A DNA stretch of 64,000 bases. Origin: Actinomycetota bacterium (GTDB lineage Bacteria; Actinomycetota; Acidimicrobiia; Acidimicrobiales; JAJPHE01). Below the pieces are notes generated by a model. That model did no database searches and had not been told where the DNA came from. It worked only from the letters and a program-made list of their open reading frames with translations. Location of the stretch: positions 1,666 through 65,665 of the forward strand of contig JAJPHE010000072.1 of assembly GCA_021325435.1 (NCBI GenBank). Reading direction: 5' to 3'. Made by a program: the position numbers and the translations under genes. Shown here piece by piece: positions 1 through 7,853 of this stretch (positions within the stretch are counted from its first letter, which is position 1; each line of letters starts with the position of its first letter).

Positions 1-1221
1 GGTTTCTGTGGGTAGACGGATGGTGAGCCCGCCCAGGCAGAGGTAGACCATCGCGGCGAGGGAGTCGGTGTTGCGGAAGCCGTAGCCGCGGCGCTGAATG
101 AGCCGGATCCCGGCGTTGACTCCCTCCAGCAGGGCGTTCGACAGCCCCAGCTCGACGGCGGCGACGATGCCGTCGAAGTTGCGTCGGATGGTCCTGGCCA
201 GCTGCACCATGGCGGCGATGCGGCTGTGTGATGCCGAGCTCAGCCAGGCCCGCAGGTAGGGCCGAGAGAACTCGGGCGGCACCCGCCGATACAGATCCCG
301 CAGGCCCTCCTTGAGCTCCCAGGCGCGCCACAACCGGTTGGACTGCTGGCGCAGCCGGGCCAGCAACGCCAGCTGACCCTCGTTGAGGCGCTCGGCTCCG
401 GCCCGCAGCGCGAAGCGGGTCCGGCGCCAGTCGGCGTCGCCGACCCCCGAGCGCGACAGCTCCCGGCCGTGCGCCTTGTAGACCGAGTCGAGAGCCCGGT
501 TGGCCAGTTGGATCGCGTGGAAGGGGTCGAAGCAGATCACCGCCCGGGGGGCCTTGCGGCGGGTGGCGTCGCGATACACGGTGCCGAAGTCCATCGACAC
601 CGCCTTGAGTTTGTCGGCGCGTTCGGGCCCCAACGCGTCGAAGAAAGCCTCCAGGGCGGCGCCTCTTTTGCCCTTGGCCACCCAGACGACACCCTTGCCG
701 TCGTGATCGGCCACCACGGTCAGGTATTGGTGTCCGCGCCGATAGGAGATCTCGTCGACGCCGATCCGGTACAGGCCGTCGAGGCGGGACGAGTCGATGT
801 GTTCAGCCACCACCCGCCCCGCGATGTCGTGGACCGACTGCCACGAGCAGCGCATGAGGCGAGACACGGTGGTGAGGTCGGTTCGCTGGGCCAACCAGGC
901 CGACATGTCCTCGAAGTCCCGGGTGAACCGGGCGCCCGCACGGGCCCAGGGCACGACCTGGGTGCGCACCCGGCCACAGGCCCGACAGTCCACCCGGGCG
1001 ATGTCGGACTCGAGGAAGACCTTGGCCGCGGCCATGTCGAGATGGCGCCAGCGACGGGTCGAGGTGTCGTAGCGGGCCCGGGTGGTGGCCCCGCAGGGAC
1101 AGGTGAGCCGGCGGGCTCGGGACCGGATGCCCACCACGATCCCGCTGCGCTCGAAGCTCACCGATACGACGGTGGCCCCGGGCAGGGAGAGGATCCGGTT
1201 GAATGCCGTGGTGACGCGCAC
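1..1221 (-). CDS. ISL3-family transposase, partial (C-terminus runs off the left edge of the window)
   Basis: My own minus-strand translation from GTG at 1221 is open in frame to base 1, so it is absent from the ORF track for lack of a stop. Sequence: VRVTTAFNRILSLPGATVVSV...LTCPCGATTRARYDTSTRRWRHLD (zf-ISL3-like) ...YRIGVDEISYRRGHQYLTVVADHD...VICFDPFH...GVNAGIRLIQRRGYGFRN (DDE_Tnp_ISL3-like). GAGGAGG lies 9 nt upstream of the GTG. Confidence 0.85.
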   Translation of the reverse strand, partial: MRVTTAFNRILSLPGATVVSVSFERSGIVVGIRSRARRLTCPCGATTRARYDTSTRRWRHLDMAAAKVFLESDIARVDCRACGRVRTQVVPWARAGARFTRDFEDMSAWLAQRTDLTTVSRLMRCSWQSVHDIAGRVVAEHIDSSRLDGLYRIGVDEISYRRGHQYLTVVADHDGKGVVWVAKGKRGAALEAFFDALGPERADKLKAVSMDFGTVYRDATRRKAPRAVICFDPFHAIQLANRALDSVYKAHGRELSRSGVGDADWRRTRFALRAGAERLNEGQLALLARLRQQSNRLWRAWELKEGLRDLYRRVPPEFSRPYLRAWLSSASHSRIAAMVQLARTIRRNFDGIVAAVELGLSNALLEGVNAGIRLIQRRGYGFRNTDSLAAMVYLCLGGLTIRLPTET

Positions 1222-1300
1222 GTGCGCTGTCCTCCTCGTTCGATTGTCTTGGCAGACCCGAACCTAAGGAGGCCCCAGGGCATGTGCGCGTCTTTCGCGC
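1..1300 (-). mobile_element. ISL3-family insertion sequence, partial. The right-hand boundary is approximate because no terminal inverted repeat can be defined without the other end.
   Basis: Transposase gene at 1..1221 plus its upstream region. The IS terminus must lie between 1222 and about 1370, before the operator of the next gene. Confidence 0.55.
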
Positions 1301-1370
1301 CCTGAGGATTGGGGCGGTCAGCCCCTCTGGCCTGGAGCTATGCCGGCCCTGCTTGCTCCAGGTATCCACC

Positions 1371-1398
1371 CGAACGTGTGTTGGGGAACACACGTTCG
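1371..1398. promoter_or_regulatory. Perfect 12-4-12 inverted repeat containing an SOS (LexA/Cheo-type) box GAAC-N4-GTTC
   Basis: CGAACGTGTGTT-GGGG-AACACACGTTCG. The right box GAACACACGTTC(GA) is at 1386-1399. The left box GAACGTGTGTTG at 1372-1383 has one mismatch. The repeat ends 2 nt upstream of the -10 hexamer. It matches the actinobacterial consensus TCGAAC-N4-GTTCGA. Confidence 0.6.
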
Positions 1399-1399
1399 A

Positions 1400-1405
1400 T
1401 AGTAT
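1400..1405 (+). promoter_or_regulatory. -10 hexamer TAGTAT, 6 nt upstream of ATG 1412 (leaderless-type promoter)
   Basis: TANNNT lies 6 nt before the start codon and there is no Shine-Dalgarno sequence. The same geometry recurs at other first-in-operon genes in this window. Confidence 0.5.
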
Positions 1406-1411
1406 GCCCCG

Positions 1412-2899
1412 ATGGGGCAGCTGAGGTGGCGCCTGGCGGACGAGGAGGGCAGCCAGCCGGCGCTGTTCGATCCCGACGACCTGCTCGAGCGCGAGGTCGG
1501 GCGTGGCGAGTTCCGAGGCCTCGAGTTCCTCCACGTGAACGCCCGCCGGATCATCAACGAGGTGCCGGCGGCCTCGCGGATGCCTTTCCGGTACACGATC
1601 AACGCCTACCGAGGATGCAGCCATGCCTGCGCCTACTGCCTGGCTGGGAACACCAGGGTGCTGCTGGCCGATGGCCGGACCCGGCCGCTAGCCGACCTCC
1701 GGCCCGGGGAACTCGTCTGCGGGACGCAACGGGCGGCCAGCTACCGGCGCTACGTGGCCACCCCGGTCCTCGACCACTGGTCCACCGTCAAGGCGGCCCA
1801 TCGAATCACCCTCGAGGACGGGACCACCCTCGTGGCCAGCGGAGACCACCGGTTCCTTACCGACCGAGGGTGGAAGCACGTCACCCGCTCCGAGCCGGGC
1901 GCCCTACCGCGGCCCTTCCTCACCACCAACGACAAGCTGATGAGGGTTGGCGCCCTCCCTGCTCCCCCTGAACACGACGACTACAGGAGGGGCTACCTCT
2001 GCGGCCTGGGGCTGAAGTCCGAGGTCGGCCGACAGGTGCGCTCGATCGAGGCCCTCGGCATTGAGCTGCCGATGTACGACATCACCACCGGCACCGGCGA
2101 CTTCATCGCCAACGGCGTCGTGTCGCACAACTGCTTCGCCCGCCCCACCCATGAGTACCTGGGCCTGAATATCGGCGAGGACTTCGAGCGCAAGATCGTG
2201 GTCAAGATCAACGCGGTCGAGCGGGTGCGGGCCGAGCTGTCCCCGGCCCGGTGGGGCGGCGACCACATCGCCATGGGAACCAACACCGACCCGTACCAGC
2301 GGTGCGAGGGCAAGTACCACCTCACCCGCGGGATCGTGCAGGCCCTTGCCGAGCGGGCCAACCCTTTCTCCATCCTCACCAAGTCAACCCTCATCCTGCG
2401 CGACGTGGACCTCCTGGCCGAGGCGGCCCGGCGCACGGACGTGAGGGTGAACTTCTCCATCGGCACCCTCGACGAGGAGGTGTGGCGCCTGACCGAGCCG
2501 GGCACGCCGCATCCCCGACAGCGGGTGGCGGCGGTGGCCCGGCTGAACCGGGCCGGGGTGCGCTGCGGCGTGCTAGTCGCTCCCGTCATCCCCGGGCTGT
2601 CCGACCGTCCCAGCCAGATCCGGCGGGTGGTGGCGGCCTGTGCCGACGCCGGCGCCGTCTCCATCTCGCCAATCGCCCTTCACCTGCGTCCCGGCGTCCG
2701 CCAGCACTGGATGGAGTGGCTGGAGCGAACCCGCCCTGACCTGGTTTCCACCTACGAGCAGCTCTACCAGCGGGGCAGCTACCTACCGGCTACGTCCCAG
2801 CGGGCCCTGGCTGGTACGGCGGATCGGGCGCGGAAGGTGGCCCCCAGGCATGGCCCTGGCAACGAAAGGGAAAGTCCGGGGGGAACAACAAGGAGGTGA
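1412..2899 (+). CDS. Radical SAM protein, SplB/Rv2578c-like (DNA-repair-photolyase-like family); precursor containing a mini-intein
   Basis: [19 protein letters not shown]...[13 protein letters not shown]...[21 protein letters not shown]...[12 protein letters not shown]. CX3CX2C is at residues 69/73/76. Removing residues 76-240 restores a contiguous [20 protein letters not shown] and leaves a 330-aa protein. Confidence 0.9.
   Translation: [495 protein letters not shown]
1637..2131 (+). other. Mini-intein (165 aa, residues 76-240 of the radical SAM precursor), no intact homing endonuclease
   Basis: Block A is [21 protein letters not shown] (Cys1). Block B is [15 protein letters not shown]. 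Blocks F/G are [23 protein letters not shown] followed by the +1 Cys (CFARP). The short linker [11 protein letters not shown] may be a LAGLIDADG remnant. Confidence 0.8.
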
Positions 2900-3492
2900 C
2901 GGCAGTGGACGCAACCGCCACTACACCCGTCGTCCGTCACGAACGCCGTGTAGCGGCGCGCCGGAGCCGCATCCGCTTCGGTGCGCCTGGGCTCGTGTTG
3001 TGCGGACTCGGACTGCTTCTTCTGGGGGCCTGGGGCGGCATCGTCCCCTTCGTCGGACCGAAGTTCGGATTTGGCCCGGTGGGGGCCCCGGCATGGCAGT
3101 GGACCAACGCCAACGTGGTGCTGAACGTGGTGCCCGGCGTGGCGGCGGTCCTTGCCGGCTTGGCCGTCATGGGCTCGGCCAGCTGGCGGGCGCTGCGGGG
3201 CCTGGCGGCCTTCGGGTCGCTGTTGGCCGTCGGCGCCGGGGCGTGGTTCGTTCTCGGGGAGCTCGTCTACCCCGTCTTCTACGGCACCGCCCCGGTGTGG
3301 GGCGGAACGGCGGGCAACGGGGCCCTCGCTCAGTTCGTGACCCGACTCGGGTACGGCATGGGGGTAGGTCTCGCCCTGTGTCTGCTCGGTGGGATGGCCC
3401 TGGCGCTCATCGCCGCCCGCCGGGCGGAGGCTCTGATTACCCGCGAGTCCATGGTGGCCGAGGACGTGGCTGCGCCTCCGGCGACTGTCTGA
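2896..3492 (+). CDS. Hypothetical integral membrane protein (about 4 TM helices), coupled to the radical SAM gene
   Basis: GTG 2896 overlaps the upstream TGA (GTGA). An alternative GTG at 2905 lies 7-8 nt after AAGGAGG. The sequence has Gly/Ala/Leu-rich hydrophobic segments (LVLCGLGLLLLGAWGGIV, VVPGVAAVLAGLAVMG, LAAFGSLLAVGAGAWFVLG, GVGLALCLLGGMALALIAA). Confidence 0.6.
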   Translation: MTAVDATATTPVVRHERRVAARRSRIRFGAPGLVLCGLGLLLLGAWGGIVPFVGPKFGFGPVGAPAWQWTNANVVLNVVPGVAAVLAGLAVMGSASWRALRGLAAFGSLLAVGAGAWFVLGELVYPVFYGTAPVWGGTAGNGALAQFVTRLGYGMGVGLALCLLGGMALALIAARRAEALITRESMVAEDVAAPPATV

Positions 3493-3520
3493 CCCGACAC
3501 GACCGTGCTGGTGGCCCCGC

Positions 3521-5671
3521 TCAACGGGCGGCGGCCGCCAGCGGGTGTCGCGGCACCTGCACCAGTTCGATGTCGGGGGGCAGCCCCTCGACCGTCACCC
3601 TGTTGGCCGTCACCGACACCGAGATGCGGGTGCCGGCCAACGGGATGTTGTCCATCGTCAGGTCCCCGAGCTCGGCCGGCAGGTCCGGCGCCAGCCACAA
3701 CTTCCCCCATGGAACCCATGGCTCCATTCGCAGCAGGGTGCGCAGCAGGCTGAACGGAGTGGCCGCCGCCCACGCCTGTGGGGAGCACGAGGTGGGGTAG
3801 CCGACCGGGACGGGGAACTCGTGCCGGTCGAATCCGCAGAACAACTCCGGTAGCCGGCCGTCGAAGGCGGTGGCCGCCTCGAGCAGACCGACGGCCACGG
3901 CCTGCGCCTCCTCGACGAAGCCGTAACGCATGAGCCCGGCGGCGATGATGGCGTTGTCGTGCGGCCACACCGACCCGTTGTGGTAGCTCATCGGGTTGTA
4001 CGCGCCCATGGTCGTCGCCAGGGTCCGGATCCCCCAGCCGGTGAACATCTCGGGGGAGAGAAGGTGCTCGGCCACCCGCGGTGCCTTGTCCGGGTCGATG
4101 ATGCCGGTCCACAGGCAGTGGCCCATGTTGGAGGCCAAGGAGTCGATCGGCGCCTTGTCGCCGTCGAGGCCCACGGCAAACCACCCCTTGTCCTCCAACC
4201 AGAACTGCTCGTTGAAGGCGGCCTTCAGCTTGGCGGCGAGGGTCTCGAATCTGGCTGCGGTCGCGTCGTCACCGTCCTCCCGGGCGAAGTGGGCGCGGGC
4301 CATGTAGGCGGCGTAGGTGTAGCCCTGGACCTCGCTGAGGGCGATCGGGGGTTCGGCCAGGCGGCCACTGGCGAAGTTGATCCCGTCCCAGGAGTCCTTC
4401 CATCCCTGGTTGACCAAGCCCCGATCGGTGGCCCGCTGATACTCGACGAAGCCGTCACCGTCGCGGTCGCCGTGGTCGATGATCCACTCCAGCGCCCGGT
4501 CGGCGTGGGGGAGTAGCTCGTCGACGACCTCTCGGGCCAGGCCCCACCGCCGCAACTCTCCCAGCAGCATCACGAACAGCGGGGTGGCGTCGGCGGTGCC
4601 GTAGTAGAGGTCTCCGCCCGCTCCGGGGCCCACGGGGGTCGATCCCGTTCCCCAGCGGGTCTCGTGAAGGATCCGGCCCGGCTCCTCCTCGGACAGTGGG
4701 TCGACCCGGCTCCCCTGGTAGCGGGCGAGGGTCTGCAGGGTGCCCACGGCGAGGCTCGGGTCGACCGGCAGGGTCATCCACGAGGTGATGAGCGAGTCGC
4801 GCCCGAACAGGGTCATGAACCAGGGGGCGCCGGCGGCGACGACGGCCCGGTCGGGGTACTCCGGGTCGAAGATGCGCAGGGCGCCCAGGTCTTCCTCGCT
4901 GCGCTTCAAGGCGGCCGACAGGCCTTCGTGGGTGGTCTCGACCATCGGGGTCGCCCGCCTCCACTGCTGCAGCCGGCGGGCCGGGGTGGAGCTCTCGATC
5001 GGCTGCCCGCACCGGTGGCGGGGATCCAGGGGACGGCCGTCCATCTCGGCGACGTACTGGATGCAGCTAGCCCACTCCCCGCGGGCGGGCACCACCACCT
5101 GCAGGCTGAGAACGCCGCCAGCCGCCACCGCGCCCTCGTCGACCGACACCCGCAGGCCCCGGCTGGTGTCCATCCACTGGTAGCCGAAGACGACGGCGCC
5201 CGCCTCCTGCCCGACGGTGTGTGTCCCGCGGCTCACCACTCTTCCCTCCTTGACTTCGAACACGTGGGAGAAGTCAGCGTCGAGGGTGATGGTGATCGAG
5301 CAGGCGGCCGGCTCCAGGGCGAGGTTGCGCAGCACCAGGTCCTCGCGCATGCCGTCGCCCACGAACCGGCGGCGGACGACGAGGAGGGTGCTGTCGGCCC
5401 GGCCGGCGACCGGTCGGGCCCGCGAGATGAAGGTGGCGGAGAAGGGATCTCCGAGCATGACGGTGAGGGGCTGTTGAGGCTCGCCGTTGATCCGCAGCTG
5501 GAGGCAGGACAGGAAGCGGGTGTCGCGACAGAACAGGCCCTGCGCACTGCCGGGATCGATGTCGCCGGTGGGGGCCGAGATGCAGAACGAGGATCCCTCG
5601 ACCAGGGTGACATTGCTGCCGGTCAGCCCGCTTACCGGGGGGGACCCGGCGAAGTTCCACGCGTCGGCCAT
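3521..5671 (-). CDS. Amylo-alpha-1,6-glucosidase / glycogen-debranching-enzyme family protein (bacterial GDE_N + GDE_C)
   Basis: 716 aa. Motifs: GAPWFMTLFGRDSLITSWM, YYGTADATPLFV, GLVNQGWKDSWDG, MGHCLWTGI, SYHNGSVWPHDN. Confidence 0.85.
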   Translation of the reverse strand: MADAWNFAGSPPVSGLTGSNVTLVEGSSFCISAPTGDIDPGSAQGLFCRDTRFLSCLQLRINGEPQQPLTVMLGDPFSATFISRARPVAGRADSTLLVVRRRFVGDGMREDLVLRNLALEPAACSITITLDADFSHVFEVKEGRVVSRGTHTVGQEAGAVVFGYQWMDTSRGLRVSVDEGAVAAGGVLSLQVVVPARGEWASCIQYVAEMDGRPLDPRHRCGQPIESSTPARRLQQWRRATPMVETTHEGLSAALKRSEEDLGALRIFDPEYPDRAVVAAGAPWFMTLFGRDSLITSWMTLPVDPSLAVGTLQTLARYQGSRVDPLSEEEPGRILHETRWGTGSTPVGPGAGGDLYYGTADATPLFVMLLGELRRWGLAREVVDELLPHADRALEWIIDHGDRDGDGFVEYQRATDRGLVNQGWKDSWDGINFASGRLAEPPIALSEVQGYTYAAYMARAHFAREDGDDATAARFETLAAKLKAAFNEQFWLEDKGWFAVGLDGDKAPIDSLASNMGHCLWTGIIDPDKAPRVAEHLLSPEMFTGWGIRTLATTMGAYNPMSYHNGSVWPHDNAIIAAGLMRYGFVEEAQAVAVGLLEAATAFDGRLPELFCGFDRHEFPVPVGYPTSCSPQAWAAATPFSLLRTLLRMEPWVPWGKLWLAPDLPAELGDLTMDNIPLAGTRISVSVTANRVTVEGLPPDIELVQVPRHPLAAAAR

Positions 5672-5775
5672 CCACCTCGAGCGTACCGGGGCCGGCCAAC
5701 GCCCCGGCCCCGACGTCTCAACCGCCGGCGAAACGGGAAAAAGCGAGAGGAGGGCCCAGCATCCAACGATCGGAG

Positions 5776-6039
5776 GTGGACATGCCCAACTCGAGCGTCA
5801 AGGACGAGCGTCAGTACCAGGCCCTGCGCCGGCAGGGTGCCAGCAAGGAGAAAGCCGCCCGCATCTCCAACGCGTCAGCGTCATCTTCCCGCTCGGAGAC
5901 GGGCCGCAAGGGGGGATCCAGCGGGTCCTATGAGGACCGCAGCAAGCAGGAGCTCTACGACAAGGCCAACCAGGTGGGCATCGAGGGCCGGTCGAGCATG
6001 TCGAAGCAGGAGCTGATCAAGGCCCTCCGCCACCACTGA
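5776..6039 (+). CDS. Small Rho_N-domain protein (DUF7218-like); ATG 5782 is the likelier start
   Basis: MPNSSVKDERQYQALRRQGASKEKAARISNA...SKQELYDKANQVGIEGRSSMSKQELIKALR. GGAGG lies 6 nt before ATG 5782. Confidence 0.7.
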   Translation: MDMPNSSVKDERQYQALRRQGASKEKAARISNASASSSRSETGRKGGSSGSYEDRSKQELYDKANQVGIEGRSSMSKQELIKALRHH

Positions 6040-6046
6040 GCGGCCG

Positions 6047-6565
6047 TCAGGCCCAGGCCCGGTTCCACCATCGGGGGTTGCGGCGGGCCTCCGCCGCCAT
6101 CCAGCGGAAGTGGGATTGGGCCACCGGCCGGAACGCCAACACCGAAGCCATGCCGGCCAGCGACCACTTGCGATGGCGGGGCCCGGTGTCGGCGACCAGG
6201 GCCGCCGCCCCCGCCGCCGCCCACCCGTAGAGGATGGCGTTATAGGCGGGCATCAGCCGCTCGGGCAGCCCCTCCGCCTCAGTGAGCACCGGCACCCCCC
6301 GGTTCAGCTTCCAGGGCCACAGGGTGAAGTGGATGGCCGGCACGCCGAGCGCCACGCCGGAGAGGAAGGCCAACAGCCGGTCGGCTCGGCCCCGCCGGGC
6401 CAGGGCCACCCAGCCGCCGTCGAGCAGCACGGAGGCGGCGATGGCCGGCCCCAGGCCGACCGATGACTGGCCGATGACGCCGGTGCCGAAAGCCAGCTCC
6501 ACCGCCTGGTGGACGGCCGTCATGGCCCCGCCGGCGGCGTGCAGGGGTCGTCTCACGGCCGTCAC
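6047..6565 (-). CDS. Hypothetical membrane protein
   Basis: 172-aa ORF with several hydrophobic helices. Coding-like GC3. No family recognised. Confidence 0.5.
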   Translation of the reverse strand: MTAVRRPLHAAGGAMTAVHQAVELAFGTGVIGQSSVGLGPAIAASVLLDGGWVALARRGRADRLLAFLSGVALGVPAIHFTLWPWKLNRGVPVLTEAEGLPERLMPAYNAILYGWAAAGAAALVADTGPRHRKWSLAGMASVLAFRPVAQSHFRWMAAEARRNPRWWNRAWA

Positions 6566-6586
6566 CGTAGGGCAGGGCGGCGCGCT

Positions 6587-6592
6587 TATCCT
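6587..6592 (+). promoter_or_regulatory. -10 hexamer TATCCT, 6 nt upstream of GTG 6599 (leaderless-type)
   Basis: TANNNT geometry. Supports the shorter start that gives an N-terminal lipoprotein signal. Confidence 0.45.
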
Positions 6593-6598
6593 CGCCTC

Positions 6599-7819
6599 GT
6601 GCCCCTCACCGAGGCCCCCCTCCTCCGGCGGGTTCTGTCCTCAGCCGGATGCGCGCTCCTCCTGGCCGCCTGCTCGTCGGGGGCTCACGCGTCGAGAGGG
6701 ACGACCCAGCCGTCGACCGTCCCCCCGACCACCGGGGCGGTCAGCTCCACGACCGCCAGCACCTCGACCTCCACCACGGCGCCGGTGGGGCCGGCGGGCG
6801 GCCCGGTTCCGGCCGGGTTTCAGCCGCAGTCGGTGACCTTCGTCTCGCTCTCGACGGGGTGGTTGCTGGGCACGGCCCCCTGCTCCCGACCGCCGTGCAC
6901 GTCTGTCGTGCGCACCCGCGACGGTGGTCACCGTTGGCAGGGTGTCCCCGGTCCTCCCGCGGCCCTGGCGGCCGACCCGGTGTCAGGAGCAGGCGTGTCG
7001 GAGCTCCGCTTCGCCGACGCTTCCAATGGATGGGCGTTCGGGCCGGATCTGTACTCGACGCATGACGGCGGGGGACACTGGCAGCGCGAGACGCTGCCCG
7101 CGCCCGGGGCGGGGTACGCCGCCGTGTCGCTCGAGGCCTCGGGCGGCGTGGTGTTCGCCCTGGCCGTCCCCCGGTCCGGTCAGACCGGACCGGCCGTCCT
7201 CTTCCGCCAACCGGTGGCAGGCGGGGGATGGTCGGCCGAGCCCGGGGCGACGGTGCCGGGCGGGCAGCGGGGGCGGGTCGTCCTGCAGGGCGCTGCCGGG
7301 TGGCTGGCCGTGGTGACGTCCCAGGGCGCCACCGCTTTCCTGTCTCGCCAGGCCGACGGGTGGCAACGGCGCTCGTTGCCCTGCCCGATGCCGACTGAGG
7401 CCCTGTCGGCCTCGTCGACGACCGACCTGGTGGTGGTGTGCGGAGGAGCGGGGGCAGCCGGATCCCAGGAGAAGGACGTCTACGTCTCGCACGACGCGGG
7501 GTCGACCTTCGGCCTGGCCGGCCATGCGCCCCTGGCAGGGGATCTCGAAGACGTCGCCTTCGGATCACCGACCACCATCGTGATCGCCGCCGCCTCGGGG
7601 GCATCGGTGCTGCACGGCAGCTTCGACGGCGGGCGGACCTGGTCGACCGTGGCCCAGGAGGCGTCAGGGGGCCTTCCGTGGAGGGACCTGGGCTTCACCG
7701 ACCCCACCCACGCCGAGGTGATTTTGGGCACGGCCGCCTCCCAATTCGCCGGCCAGCCGCCTAGTCAGTTGTTAATGAGCTCCGACGGCGGCCACACCTG
7801 GGCGGCCCTGTCCATCTGA
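6599..7819 (+). CDS. Secreted lipoprotein with BNR/Asp-box repeats (Ycf48-like / sialidase-like beta-propeller)
   Basis: From GTG 6599 the N-terminus is MPLTEAPLLRRVLSSAGCALLLAACSS (lipobox LAAC), followed by a Ser/Thr/Pro linker. Asp-boxes: TRDGGHRWQ, THDGGGHWQ, SHDAGSTF, FDGGRTWS, SSDGGHTWA. The track start 6509 would overlap the divergent gene. Confidence 0.75.
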   Translation: MPLTEAPLLRRVLSSAGCALLLAACSSGAHASRGTTQPSTVPPTTGAVSSTTASTSTSTTAPVGPAGGPVPAGFQPQSVTFVSLSTGWLLGTAPCSRPPCTSVVRTRDGGHRWQGVPGPPAALAADPVSGAGVSELRFADASNGWAFGPDLYSTHDGGGHWQRETLPAPGAGYAAVSLEASGGVVFALAVPRSGQTGPAVLFRQPVAGGGWSAEPGATVPGGQRGRVVLQGAAGWLAVVTSQGATAFLSRQADGWQRRSLPCPMPTEALSASSTTDLVVVCGGAGAAGSQEKDVYVSHDAGSTFGLAGHAPLAGDLEDVAFGSPTTIVIAAASGASVLHGSFDGGRTWSTVAQEASGGLPWRDLGFTDPTHAEVILGTAASQFAGQPPSQLLMSSDGGHTWAALSI

Positions 7820-7828
7820 GTCAGGGGC

Positions 7829-7852
7829 CCGCGACCGACCGAGCGGTCGCGG
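7829..7852. terminator. Perfect 9-bp hairpin between convergent genes (candidate bidirectional terminator)
   Basis: CCGCGACCG-accgag-CGGTCGCGG lies between the stop at 7819 (+) and the stop at 7854 (-). There is no U-tract. Confidence 0.45.
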
Positions 7853-7853
7853 C

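Noticed and set aside
469-1624. Track ORFs 469..1305 (+), 803..1624 (-) and 1309..1971 (+) around the left end.
   Set aside because: They overlap the ISL3 transposase (minus frame open from 1221 to base 1) or the radical SAM gene out of frame. Their composition is non-protein-like.
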